Assembly: GCA_002269645.1 (NCBI GenBank)
Contig: NIVC01000205.1
Coordinates: 7,276-71,275 of the forward strand
Source of the DNA: Macrostomum lignano
Taxonomy: Eukaryota
DNA length: 64,000 bases
Reading direction: 5' to 3'
Shown here: positions 25,902-38,645 of the stretch, in pieces
Layout: each line of letters starts with the position of its first letter
How positions within the stretch are numbered: position 1 is the first letter of the stretch
Made by a program: the position numbers and the translations under genes
The notes under the pieces: generated by a model
Databases searched by the model: none
Seen by the model: only the letters and a program-made list of their open reading frames with translations
What the model was told of the DNA's origin: nothing

Positions 25902-26132
25902 CTCTGGAACTGTCTTTTGCTTCTAGGGGAAAGTAGTGTAGTCTGGCTTGTTGGTGCGCGTGCACTTAGATGTGCACGTCTGGCTGTTTTGGGGGTTGGG
26001 GTTTAGCGCTGCAGCGTGTGCGTGCTTAGGGTGGTTACACCCACCCCAACTTTGGCATTAAATATATTGGCGTGAGCCAGTGAAGTCTCCTCACGTTTTG
26101 TTATTCACTGCAATTCAACCCACGGTCTTACA
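24771..26132 (+). mobile_element. 5'-truncated Ty3/Gypsy LTR retrotransposon: integrase, PPT and 3' LTR
   Basis: Integrase ORF; PPT AGGGGAAAGTAG at 25925-25936; LTR 25937-26132 bounded by TGTA...TACA with an ATTAAA near 26057. No 5' LTR, gag, RT or TSD. Confidence 0.9.
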
Positions 26133-27507
26133 CTGCATTTGCGCATACTAAATGCGCGAGAAATTAAATTTCCTTACCGGCCTGTGGCGATCAAGTCTAA
26201 AAAAATCGAGTAAATATAGCGTCCTAATCTACAATACTTTAGGTGTCCAATCTGTCCATGGATGATTGCAGTAAAGATGGAATTCAGGAAAACCAAATCG
26301 ACGTCTGGCCGACTTTCCCGATGTCTATCGACGTCGATGACAATTATCTGCTTTTACATTACATCGACGGATAACGTCATCATATGTCGGCTGAACGTCG
26401 ATGCAACGTAAAAGTACATATTTGTCATAGAGGTCAACCAGCATTACAACAACCACAACACATTACTATATTCTCGCCAACAACAGGCCTCTGTAGACGA
26501 GAAGGACAAGCTGGTGACAAATGCAACTGGTCGAATCCAAGTGCTCAATCTGCAGGTTCAGCAGCTTAAAGATGAAATCGCTATACTTCGCCGAGACAAC
26601 AACGAACTACATGTACAGTAGCTAGCTAGCTAGTGAACGAAAAGGTGGAAAAGTGGCGCAAACACCTCGCTGACAAGGACGCCGAGTTGTCCGAAGCTTC
26701 ACCCAGGTCCATTCGCATTTAGGGGAATAGTATTGATTGATTACGCACGTTTTTATAGATGTACATGTGTTATGTACAAATCGATATACAAATCGGATTT
26801 ATATGTGCAATACGCAATCCAAACTTATGATACATATATATCCGAGGCATACTAGGACCTCCATACAATATACAGTTTAAGGACTTTCTCGTCTTGTTAA
26901 TGCGCGCCAACGAAATTTTTAGAGCTATTATTTGACGTTTTTGAACCTGTACATGCAGTTTTGAGACCGACGGTTAATCTAATTAATCATGTTTCTATCA
27001 GCAGGGGTGTTGAATCTATTGATACTTTTACTGTAAACTGTACGTACATCAAGGTAAAAGCACGTGAAACAACTTTTCTTGAGAAATTTTAGGAGGCAGT
27101 AGCTTCTGTCGGAAAAAATTATGCATGTTTATTAAGGATCGAATTAGAAATGTTTCACAGATTTTTTAGCAAAAAAATTATTGATTTTTTGAGGAGGCAG
27201 ACTGGCCTGTGTTCATCTTTATTATGTCTTGCCTTTCTTTATAGCTCAGCTCTATTGATATTCATAGAGCTATTCGTTTAGAAAAGCTAATTGTTGTCGG
27301 AATAATACACATGAATTATTTTATTTGGAGTCGTGGGTCCTGCGCTTTAGGCTACTGATTTCTTTCTGATCTATTTTCTCTATCATGTGGATATTGGTTG
27401 AGTCGGTAGTTCGATCGCTGCCACCAGGTTCCTGACGTTCCTTAATCCCTAGTATAAGAGGTTAACGAACTGAGACAGGAATCCTAAGAGATGTATATAT
27501 TCTAGAG

Positions 27508-27784
27508 GGGGTGCTTTCACAAGGTCGAAATTTCACAACGTAGAAAACTCTAGCAAGAGACTTCAAGGTCGAAATTTCATAACATCGAAAACTCAAATAG
27601 CAGGCACTTTCACAAGGTCGAAACTTCATGAGCTCGAAATTTCAAAACGTCACGGTATTTGCACGGTTACCGTGAGTACTACTGAAGACCATGCAGTAGT
27701 TTTCTACGTTGTGAAATTTCGACCTTATGAAGTCTCTTGCTAGAGTTTTCGATGTTGTGAAATTTCGAGTTTGTGAAACCCCCC
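27508..27784. mobile_element. Foldback MITE with about 90-bp imperfect terminal inverted repeats and G-rich/C-rich ends
   Basis: The left arm (TTTCACAAGGTCGAAATTTCACAACGTAGAAAACT...) matches the reverse complement of the right arm; TTCTAGAG is directly repeated at 27500-27507 and 27785-27792. Confidence 0.85.
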
Positions 27785-28669
27785 TTCTAGAGACGCAAAA
27801 CAAATAGAAGAAGCATGCAATAGGTTTTACAAGTACTATTCACTCCTATGTGCGAGGTATAGTAATTCAAGCATTGACTGCCTTTTGCACTGTTACGGAC
27901 ATATGAGCTAGACTTGAGGTAACCCGGGCTGCATGAAAACACCTTTGCGACCCCTGGGCTCTGGCGCTGAAAGGAAATTAAGATCCCATTATCTAGACAG
28001 CGGCCGCCCGGGTTGTTTGAAGGTTCACGCCAGAGGCGCGGGCGTGATATTGAAGGTCGTGAATTGTCCTTTAGCTCCGTTACCAAGCAACCCTGATGAA
28101 GTCACACGTCAGCCGCGCTGCGATTGGACGAGAAATTGGGGTGGGGCACAGCGTAAAAAAATGATTAATGATGTGGGATCGCGTAACAGGCAGGAAAAAG
28201 CTTGGGGAGATAGGGGGTCGTAAAACTGTCATATGCATGAATGATTTCAAACAATAGAAAGCTCGTCTGGTTGGTGCTCGGGGGAGGGGGGTGGGCGATC
28301 GGAGTCATCGGAGTGATTCATCGCAATGAGTCATCATGGGGCGCGGGATCATCACAGAGAAAGAATTAAGGAGGCGGTGCGCAAAAATTAGTGCATGGGG
28401 CCCAGGACGTGCCTACATCAGACTACTACCTACCTGTAGCATTTTTACGTATTCCTAACTCCCAGCTTATTCCCAGTCCTTAAACTATCCTATTTGGGTT
28501 TTATGTCTTCTAAGTCAAAACTGACACGTGACACACTGCCTCCAGACTGGGCCGAGACCTTTTCTTCCCGAGCTTCAATCAAACTGCTCGATACATATGC
28601 TCGTATAATTAAAGGCACTCCCCAACAAAAACAACAACAAAAATATTCAGTCAGCGTCACAGGGTGCGC

Positions 28670-29012
28670 CTGCCTGGTCGGGGTACGAACGCCACGCCGC
28701 TGGCCGAATCCGGGGCGCCGGCGTTAGCCAGCACAGGCAGTCGACGAAACGCCGAGTGCCGGCCTGCCCCCGCCGGTAGGGTGCCTGCAGCGTCAGCAGC
28801 AGCACCTCATCTTGCACCGGCTGTGGGCAGTACGTCTCGGCGCGGATGATGTGGCCCGCCATGCAGCTGCAGTCGCCGACGTCGCAACAGGTCTCTTGGA
28901 CGGAAGGCCGGCGCGGTGATACAAATCCGCGCTGGTCACTCATTCGTAGCCGATCTTGAAGGCGGCGCGCGGCAGGCCAGTGTGCATCGCGTCGCAAACT
29001 TGTTGCTGCAGT
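28670..29012 (-). mobile_element. Degenerate 3' fragment of an RTE/RTE-X non-LTR retrotransposon ORF
   Basis: Across frameshifts it reads LPRAAFKIGY..VTSADLYHRAGLP..DLLRRRRLQL..AGHIIRAE..LLLTLQAPYRRGQ..RRFVDCL, the typical RTE post-RT motif series. Confidence 0.7.
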
Positions 29013-32000
29013 CAAACATTTACACGCTTACATAGTTAGCTAGATCTTTGCATGGCATATGTATAACAGCTTTAGAGGGTTTCAGTTGATAGGATGCCAA
29101 AATTCCAGAGTTTTATGATCCCTGTATTTTGCAGTCCATACCATAGTTTTATAAAATCTAGCAAAAAGTGTTAAAATCCCTGACATTGGTAAATTAATTT
29201 GCGACATTTATTTAATTTGCAGAATTGACAACTGGTAGTAGACCCTTCAGCAGCATCTCATCTCCAAGCCTGGGGATCTCAGCAGGCGGAGTCTACTATC
29301 TCTAAAGATTTTTAATAACCAGATAGTTAGATTTGCAAAATCACTTTTCTGTCACTTTGTCATTCGATCGCTTTTCTTTTTTGTGAGTGAGCACTTATTT
29401 GTAATGCTAACAAAAAAACACTATTCATCTTAGTATTTTGCTTATCCAAGTAGTACGCTACAAATCTCAAGCTACTTTTTAGCACACAATTGGACTACTC
29501 TAGGCTGTAAAGAAAACTTTTTGTTATAATGTAGCGTACTTTAATAACTTTCTCGAAATTTCGTTAGATTTCTAAAGTCAAAAAGATTTATATTTCCAGA
29601 AACTTCTTTAAGTTAGCATCCTATCTATAACATACGCACATAAATAGCAAATAATTAATTATTACTTAACTGTTAATATTCTACTCGTATTTGCGTAACG
29701 TATACAATTAAGTGTTTAATCGCTTTGTTAAGATGCGCTCAATCTTTCTAGAAATTTCCGGAAGACAGTTACAAATCTATAAATATACGGCGACGGCAGT
29801 GACACGAATCACCTTCCCCTTGTTTTCTCTTCGATCTGATTTCCGTTGATAAACTACCAAATGAACCACCGCCTTGCTCTTAGTCAATAACAAAATTAAA
29901 GAAAAATCTACAATAATACGCAAACACTTTAATTTGGGGAAATTTAAATTTTCCGCCGACTGATGAGCGCGGCCCGGAACAATTAAGTAGGCCCTACTCG
30001 CCCTAGTAGGTCGGAAAAGAAGAAAACCTCTTCTAATCGAATGCGCCAACATTATATCAATGAAACTGAGTTCCTTTAAGGTGAGAAAATACACTGTAGT
30101 ACACACATCAATAAGTAAAAAATCAATGTCTGAAAATGCCTATGAACAGACGCAAGGTTTCAAGTGCCGCTTACATTATGCTTAACCTTATCGCATTACT
30201 AACATCACATCACATGCAGCCATGCATGAGTTTTTTTAATGTTGATTTTTAATGCCTTATCTGTAATATAATTATAAAATATTGTAGCCTAGGCCTAGGC
30301 CTTAGCTTAAAACAATAACAGAATGTAAAAAGCTTTAGGCCTCCCGAGTTTATGTAATGCCCTATATTGTGTGGATCAAACTGACAAACTTCCAAAATGT
30401 CTAGGACTTTTTGAACTTTAGCAGCGTTTAGCCTAGGCTTAACTGGCTTTAGGACTAGTACTAGGTACATGGGGCCCTTATTTTGTGAAATATTTAATAG
30501 TTTGATAGTTTTAATTATTAATTTGATAGATAGGCCCTAGTTAAAGCCGTGGCTAGGTCCCTAGCCTTAGTATCTATAAAATGATAGGCAGTTGTTATTG
30601 TAGCGAGACATTTATTTTTACAGTCAACACTTAAAATGCCATTGAAGTGACAAACTTGCTATGTAAATACTAAGATGGTTAAATAAAAAAATAAAAAAAC
30701 TTAGTATTAATAAATACGATGGTAACTTCTAGTGGTTCTTGTCATGGTAACTTACTCTAGGTAATTGTCAACAAAGTTGGCTTTGTTAAAAATATATACT
30801 TTCTTATAATTTTTGAATGAAGCTTTATACTGTTACGCATTTTTGCCCTTTGTAATAAATGCATCTTGAAGGCATTTTTGTGCATTTGTGTAACGTCGTC
30901 GCTTCTGTATTGAAAATGTTCAATTTCGTATTTATGGTTTTTGCAATTAATATTTAAAACTATATCTATTTCGGTCTAATGTTTGTAACTATTTTTTAGT
31001 TACTTTCCCCATTTGGTTTAATTTTGTTTTTCTATTTTCAATTAGTGCGGTTATTCAAATTTTGCTTCTTGATAGTTTTCAAGTACTCATTTTTGTATTA
31101 ATATTTATACTCGTTGTTAGTTGTTAGTCGTCACTTTTCGTCCAAAAATACCGTAAAAATTCTGGCGCGCTTTCAAATACTTTATCTTTTACAATAACTC
31201 TAACTCTTACTACTACTAACTCGCGGCAAATCGTCTTTATAAACTTCTATTTCGAAAACTTTTCCAAATACATAGCTCTATAATATATTGGCCAAACAGG
31301 CTAATTGCCTGAGCCAAATTCTCTTACTACTACTACTTTGTGTATGGTCCTGCGCTCTGTGTGTTGGTCTTAGTTCCCGTAGGCTTGGTGGCATTAGCAT
31401 TATATTATCGTCTCAGATTACCCTTTGGTAAATAGTTGGCATTGCCATACTGCTTCTGACCTACTCACCATTATTCAGACTAGCAATTGAGTTGTTAAAT
31501 TAATAATACGTATATTGGCCTACGACAAGATCAACACTCACTCAGACTCAGCACGCGCACGCGCATCAGTCCCATGTTCTCGAACTAAATAAACTCGTCA
31601 CATTTGGAATAATAAATCAAGTAAAGGAACTTGTTACGTACATGCAAAGTGTATTCACTGAGTAGAGTATCATACATATATATATATATGTATGTATAGT
31701 GAGAAGTATCATATATATATATATATACAATACTATTTTATTTTGAAGTTGGTATTTTGCAAGTGATGCATTAAACAACTATAACAAAGTTAGGAACTCT
31801 ACTATGCTATAAGTTATTTGTTTGTTGCTGATATGACTTGATACTAAAACATCTGTTGCAAAAGTGTCTTGTTACAGAAGTGTCCAGAAACCTATGTCAG
31901 TTACTACATCTACTATTTAGCACTGGTAGACAAATAATCCACTGGCCATTTGCCCAGGGCAGATGAATAGTCTGGCAGACAAATATTCCTAGATCCTAGA

Positions 32001-33585
32001 TCTATTATAAAAAGGGGCCTAAAATATGCCCTAGGCCTAATCATGATGGAAAATAAAAAGGACAAAACAAAAACTTATTTCAAGGCATTTGCCTTCTATT
32101 CTCAGTAGTACAATCTGTTTTAATGAACTTAATAAAGTTTAGACTTAGAGATATTTTTTATCATTTTCCTAGTCATAGGCCTAGTCTTCACAGTTGTCAA
32201 AATGGTAAAGATTCAAGTCAATGGTCATCTCTATAAGCTTTTCTATAGGTATAGCCCATTTGGTAAAAGAATTTTCAGCAAAAGATGCTTTGGAAAAAGT
32301 GAATTTTTAGTTTATATAGATTGAACATTTTGGTGAAAGAAGGTGACCAGTTCAGCAAAAATATAGACTACTTACTTATTATAATTACAAGTATACCACT
32401 AGTGATTGTAGACCTAGCTTTTAATAAATTATTCATTGATTACTATATACATATATTTAGTTTGTAAATTTAAAGTCTTAGAACTTAGCTAGCTAGGCCC
32501 TAATAGTTATGTTATATATGCAAAGTGCAATCAATAGATCAGGCTAAGGATGATAGTTTGGTTTTTTGGTTTTATTTCCTAAATTATACTTTGAAATCTT
32601 ACTAGGCCTATAATAGGATGACACCTAATAAAACAACATTTTATTAATCTAATAATAATATTGATACAATAAAAACATATAAAGATAAAATAGTCTTTAA
32701 AATTTGTCTTTTTTCATTGTCAAAGTCGGTTGAAACCTCTTCTATAGTGGCCTTTAGTTTTTAGGTATAAATTTTAGGTGTCTACTTTCTATCTTATACA
32801 GAGAAACAACAATAGGCTAGAAATTTTCTATATAGATCCAAGTAATAATACAATAAATTTCAAGGATAAAAGATGAGTATAGGCCTAATGATTTTATCCC
32901 AAGTCATTTTGAATTTGAGTAAACAAGTTTTCATTTGACTTTAATCTATAAAAATTAGAATAATTGAAAATGATTAAAAATAAGCAAATTAGGGTTTACT
33001 TGGTATTGAGCATAGTATTAAGTTTGTTTGCCAATTGATTTAGTCACAAGCATGATTAGCCAGCTATCATTTGTTGCATCTGTCAGGTGCTCTATAGTGC
33101 AAAACTTTGCTAGGCAGTTACCAATGCTATAATATTAACTGCTAGTCTGCAAGGTTGATAGCAGCTATAACCTACAAGTGAGTGACATTTAGGCTGTCTA
33201 TTAGGTCTTAAAGAATTTATTTAATGACACCTCTAATGCTTTCTATTAGCACTCTAAAAACAAGTTGTATATGTCCTAATGACCTTGTTTGAAAATTGAA
33301 GACTACCTTGTTAAATCTGAAATGAAGCAACTCTATCTTGCAACAACTGCAAATCTAGCTCCAAGCTACTAAGCAGGTCTCAAATCTTAGACTTTTTAAT
33401 TAATTTCCTTGTAATATTATTGCTTTGCTATTACCCAATATACTTCTGCACCTATTCACAAAGCTTCTATAGTTTGCTGATTATATATTGCTGTTTGGAA
33501 ATAGTCTTATAACATTCAGCTTATTTTTTAGCCTTTATGGCTGCTTGATAAGTAATTTTCATTAGGAGTGCTAACTGGTAGCATC

Positions 33586-34655
33586 TAGGGAATACAAAAT
33601 CCCAAGTTTTGCCAATCCCAGGATTTAGGGATTGTGATATCCCAGGATTGAAGAGGTTTCTAATTTTTGTTAGTGCAATTTTGGCTTAAAAAGTCATCCA
33701 ATCTAGTTTTAAAGGGCTTTCAATGATAAAAGTACAACAGAATAAAAGATTTTGCAAACAAGAAACTGATAATGAGCTCTGAAATGGAGTGTAAATAGGC
33801 TGGCATAATAGAAGGTTTTTTACATGCAAGTATCAGCTCAAGAAAATCACACTTGATTGTGATATAACATGTGGAATGATAGCTTATAGAGCTATGGCAT
33901 AAGGTATTGATACCAGTTTAGAAAGGGATCAGACCTCACCCTCCCAAGGGCACCCACCCTAGATAAAGAATGGGTAGCTTGGGTTGTGGTCCAATAGCAA
34001 GGTCCCAAGTCTTGACTCCCATTGTTCTAATCCCAACTATAGCCAAGGAGGTTTTGAAGGTAGGGATTACTTAAAATAGTTTTGCTACCAACCCTATTCT
34101 GGGCATCTAAAGGGTGTCTTGACTGTGTTGAGAATGAGGTCTTTTGCATAGGGGGCTTCTGATCTGCACAAGGTCAAGACTTGAAACCCATTGACTTAGC
34201 TAGGTTTGGAATAGATAAAGAGTTCAAATGAACAATGAACAATGATCTGGCAAGCTATAGTACCATGATAGGAAACAATAAGGAATTGGCTTCTATTGCT
34301 TTAGGCTTTGTTCATAGGTTTTTGAATAATAATTAAATTTGTCTGCAATTAGCATATGCATATACTGTAGCTGCATGTACATTTATTATTATACCTGAGA
34401 TCTCCTTACAATCTGCCAATAGCTTCAGTTTTGTATCCATGTAGCCCTAACCTTCTCACTAGCTTGCATGTTTAAAAGATTAATAAATCAAAGCAAGACA
34501 AATAAGTGATGATTTTCACCTGACAAACAGCTTAGCTGCAGATACTACTACTAAGAATGAATGATTGAATTATTGCAAACTGGGATTAAGATCCCAATGG
34601 TCAATCCCAAGATTTTTTAATCCCAGACAATTGTGATCTAGGATTGTATTCCCTA
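33586..34655. mobile_element. Non-autonomous hAT-type DNA transposon, 1070 bp
   Basis: TIR TAGGGAATACAA / TTGTATTCCCTA; perfect 8-bp TSD GTAGCATC (33578-33585, 34656-34663); subterminal ATCCCA/GGGATT repeats. Confidence 0.9.
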
Positions 34656-35789
34656 GTAGCATCTTGCCAGTGCTATGCCTAATATTGAATATTATAGCTG
34701 ACTTCAAAGCTAACCAATTCATTAGCACCATTAGGCTTCTTCACATCAGATTAAATGTTAGATAATAAGTCCTTTGTCTTGATGCTAAGTATTTGCAAAC
34801 TATTGTAGGATCAAGTTCAAATGGCATTTAAATATCCTTTTTTGTGACTTGCTGTCTGCTTTTAGGTCTTGCTTATTATGTTGATGCCCTATCTTTTAAC
34901 TCCACCTTAAAATGATTGACCTTCCTCAATAGTATATACTTCTACTAGATGCTAAGGGCATTGCAATTAAGATTCATTGCCTGAAAGAGCCAAGTTGTAG
35001 CCTATACATCTTTTTTTCTTGTTTTTTGCCCTTTGCACAAAGTGCAATATACATTTTGGAGAAATTGTTATAGTGCTACATTAGGGTTTAGCATTGGGGT
35101 GGCTGCTATTGCTTTTGCCAACTAGGACCAGGTATAGATATTAATGACAATTGAGAAAGCTAAGTGTTGTATCAGTTATTTAGCTTTGCCTTGCATTTTG
35201 GCATTTTCAAATTCAATAAAAATACTAAGATTTGTGCCATATTTTGGGCTAGCTGAAATTTAAACTAAAGTGAATTTGTAGAGTCAATATAGCAAAGGAT
35301 AAAAGTTATAAAAGCAAAATCAAACAAAAAATTAAATATCTTTTTAATAAAAAACAAAGCAGATATAATATATGCATATATATCAGTCTAATAAATATCA
35401 TAAAGTTAAAAAACATGCAATTTTGAGATAGCCATCAAATTTTAGTAGCAAAAAGTCACAAAATAGGTGATTAAAATAGTTTCTAGCTTTTATTTTTTAA
35501 GTTTTTAATTTTGAAGTATAAAAAGTTTATTAAAATAATAAAACAAAAGTTTTTTTCCTGAAAAAATAAGCATAAGGCTATGCGGAGCTGGAGGTAAATA
35601 GCTCATAGCTCATTACTTAAGGAATAAAAAAGTGCAAGACTTATTTTATTGCAAAAAATAGTATATAACAGTGTATGGTATTAATAAAATATTTATGTTT
35701 TTTATTAGTACTTGCTGCATAAAACTAGCTTGAAGTCTGTTTGCAACAATGAATATCTACCATACTTTTTTCACCAATGCAATTCCCAG

Positions 35790-36925
35790 CATACTGGAGT
35801 TGAAGCCTGGCTGCCTTTCTGTCTAGCCTGCATAGCTCTGGCTCTGGGCAATTATGCCTATAGAAATGGCGCCCTGGACTTTATCACAGTTGCTAGGCAG
35901 TTTCGTAGACGCGATTGGCTATTGTATTTGTTGCAACGCCTAAGACGACAAGTTTCAACATGTTGGCCAATAAGAAGTTGTAAGCGTTCATCTACTGATA
36001 GTAGCAATCAAAGTAAAAGATGCGACTATCAATCAGAAAAAGCTACACAGCGATGGAAGCGTACAAGGCGATTGTCAGATGCAGCTATTAATTATTCGGT
36101 TATCAAATCGACAGCATCAGAGGCTACAAAGCTACAAAGCAATTTGCTAAGCAGTTTTGGCCTATCCAGCCTAGCGGAATTGTTACCCTGTCTGAAGCAA
36201 TTGAAACCAAGTCAGATTTCTCAGCTGGGCAAAGCTGCAGTGTCTAGTACAGTTGCTAAGGGCCAACAGTTGCTATGCCAGCCAACATACGGCGTGATAT
36301 TTATTGATTCTGGATTAATTGAGGTGCAGTTATTGAATGACAAGGATGTTATTGAATATATTCCACCTGGAGAGATTGTATTCAGTGCACTGATGCTGCT
36401 GAAATGGATTTATGCTTGTCAGGCACCAGGTGGTAGTCATAGTCGCTACCTGAGGCTGGCGGCTGTTACGGACACAAAGATACGCTGGCTGCCATTCGAT
36501 GCTTTGCTAGAGGCTCTAGCCTATGATCGCGAGTTTGATAATAACATATTGGTAATTCAATGTTGGCGCCAGTTTACTCGTGTAACAGCGCGCGGTCTGG
36601 CGCCACTGCTGCTGCCAGATGAGGCGCCGGTACCCTGGCTAAATAATGACAATGCTGTGAGCATTAATAATAATAATAATCATAATCATAAAACTGTCGC
36701 TGAGTTACTTGGAGTCGATGAAATCAACAGTTGTGCGTGTACTACTGTGAATTGTGGATCTGATCAAATTAAATTCGACAACAATTATGGACATGCATTA
36801 AGTACTACTGTTAGTAATGTTGACGTTGTTGTTCAAGCTGGTTCCGGCCAAGTTGGCGAATTGATTTGCGTGCTGCGAGGAAATTTATGGCAGCGCGTCA
36901 ATGGCCAGACCATGCTAGTTGGCAG
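35790..36925 (+). CDS. NTE/PNPLA6-7-like phospholipase, first identified coding exon: N-terminal hydrophobic segment and degenerate cNMP-binding regions
   Basis: Open frame over 1.1 kb; probable acceptor ttcccag at 35789; donor GTCAGT at 35790-frame phase 2 (36926). The start codon was not found. Confidence 0.7.
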
Positions 36926-37087
36926 GTCAGTATTGCTGGTTATCGATTGCGTATTTGATACGATAAAGTGGACTAGTGGAGGATTGTACAGCAACCCCTA
37001 ACTTCAATAATTTGTCAGTTTCCCGTTCACGCCTGTAAGGTTCTATCAGGTCTCCACGACATAATGTCTTTGAGACGTTTTAAGATC

Positions 37088-37320
37088 CCTTATATTGTCA
37101 GACCATGTCATATCCCCGATATTGTCAGACCGTGTCATATCCCCGATATTGTCAGACCAGGTCATATCCCCGATATTGTCAGACCATGTCATATCCACGA
37201 TATTGTCAGACCAGGTCATATCCCCGATATTGTCAGACCATGTCATATCCACGATATTGTCAGACCGTGTCATATCCACGATATTGTCAGACCATGTCAT
37301 ATCCCCGATATTCTCAGACT
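37088..37320. repeat. 27-bp intronic minisatellite GATATTGTCAGACCATGTCATATCCCC
   Basis: Read directly. Confidence 0.95.
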
Positions 37321-37355
37321 ACTTTCTGATCTTTATTCCTCCCAGATTCTGTTAG

Positions 37356-38168
37356 ACCCCCTGGCAGCCTTTCTCCTATACGTAGACTCAGAACCGGTCT
37401 TCAATTGAAGCAATCAATCCCCTTGCCACCAATCAGACCCGGAGACCTAGTGGGTCAGCTGGAATTTCTCAGCCGCCTGCCGTTGGCCTCAGGCGGTTCA
37501 ATCTACTGCCTGAGCAATTGTACTGCTCAGCTTGTTCGCATCAACCTGCCTCTGGCTGCCGCTACTGACAAGACCTTGATTCCCACTGTGGCCAATCACT
37601 TGGCTAAACAATTCCTACATTCCTTACTGTCGAGGCCGGATGTTCCGCTGACTGTCCTGCTAGAGCCTATCGCTCGCTATGTGTCACTTCGCATTGGCCA
37701 AGCGTTGCCCTTGGAATCTGTTGACAACTGCTATTTTTATGTGGTATCTGGCCGGCTGCAAGACTTTCTAAAATTTCCCTACGATGAAGCTTCTTCTGCC
37801 TCTGCATCGCCTGTTACTAAGGAATGCTATAGTGCTGGCTGTCTTGTTAATACCACTAAAGCCTCCTTGTACGCTTCATCATCATCGTTGGCCACCGTGG
37901 TAGCGGCAGTCCGGGACTCTGAGCTCATTAGACTGTCCCGTAGGCTGGTTGACTGTCTGTCTGTGCGCTGTCCGGCTTTTTCTCACCGACTGGTGTCAGC
38001 TGTAGCTCACAGACTGTTGGACTCGTATCGGGTTACGGCTGCTGATGATGCATCGACATTGCCTCTGTCAGATCGTCATTGCATTATTGCTCTGCTGCCT
38101 GGCCAAGCCTCTATTCCTGTGGATCTGTTTGCTCAACAACTGGCTGCCTGTCTGCCTGGAGTTGTCAG
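37356..38168 (+). CDS. NTE/PNPLA6-7-like exon: cNMP-like RPGDLVGQLEFL, VVAAVRDSELIRLS, CIIALLPG
   Basis: AVRDSEL motif as in NTE/SWS; phase-2 acceptor (gttag at 37355, alternative 37367) and phase-2 donor GT at 38169. Confidence 0.8.
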
Positions 38169-38224
38169 GTGTGTCATCTTTGCGGCATTTTGAATCAATG
38201 ATTCTCGCGCTGCAATCCACGCGA

Positions 38225-38645
38225 CTGATCCCCACTCACTGATCCTCACTCACTGATCCTCACTCACTGATCCCCATTCACTGATTCCTACTCACTGATC
38301 CCCACGCTGTAATCCCCACTCACTGATCCCCACGCTGTAATCCCCACTCACTGATCCCCACGCTGTAATCCCCACTTACGGATCCTCACGCTGTAATTCG
38401 CCACCCCCTGATCCCCACTCACTGATCCCCACTTACTAATCCCCACTCACTGATCCCCCCTCACTGATCCCCACTCACTGATCCACACTCACTGATCTAC
38501 ACTCACTGATCCCCACTCACTGATCCCCACTCACTGATCCCAATTTCTTTGATCCCCACTCACTAATCCCCACTAACGGATCCCCCCTCACTGATCACCA
38601 TTCACTGATCCCCACTCACTAATCCCCATTCACTGATCCCCACTC
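38225..38645. repeat. 14-bp intronic minisatellite CCCACTCACTGATC, with a short copy at about 39585-39645
   Basis: Read directly. Confidence 0.9.

Larger units (their letters stand above)
23596..26706 (+). pseudogene. CEP290: CEP290-like N-terminal fragment; exons about 23596-23688, 23773-24065, 24395-24706 and 26487-26706
   Basis: Similarity recalled from human CEP290: LEDLRKINP vs WKEIMKVDP, EMVLNLYD vs ENVIHLFR, VNEKVEKWRKHLADKDAEL vs VNAKVEEWKLILSSKDDEI. Lesions: -1 frameshift in the A-run at 23875-23880, TAG plus frameshift at 26619-26633, no GT at the expected exon-1 donor. No later exons found. Confidence 0.7.

Noticed and set aside
28090-28140. CTGATGA...GAGAAA as a hammerhead ribozyme (also 29960)
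   Set aside because: Stems I and III and the NUH site cannot be formed.
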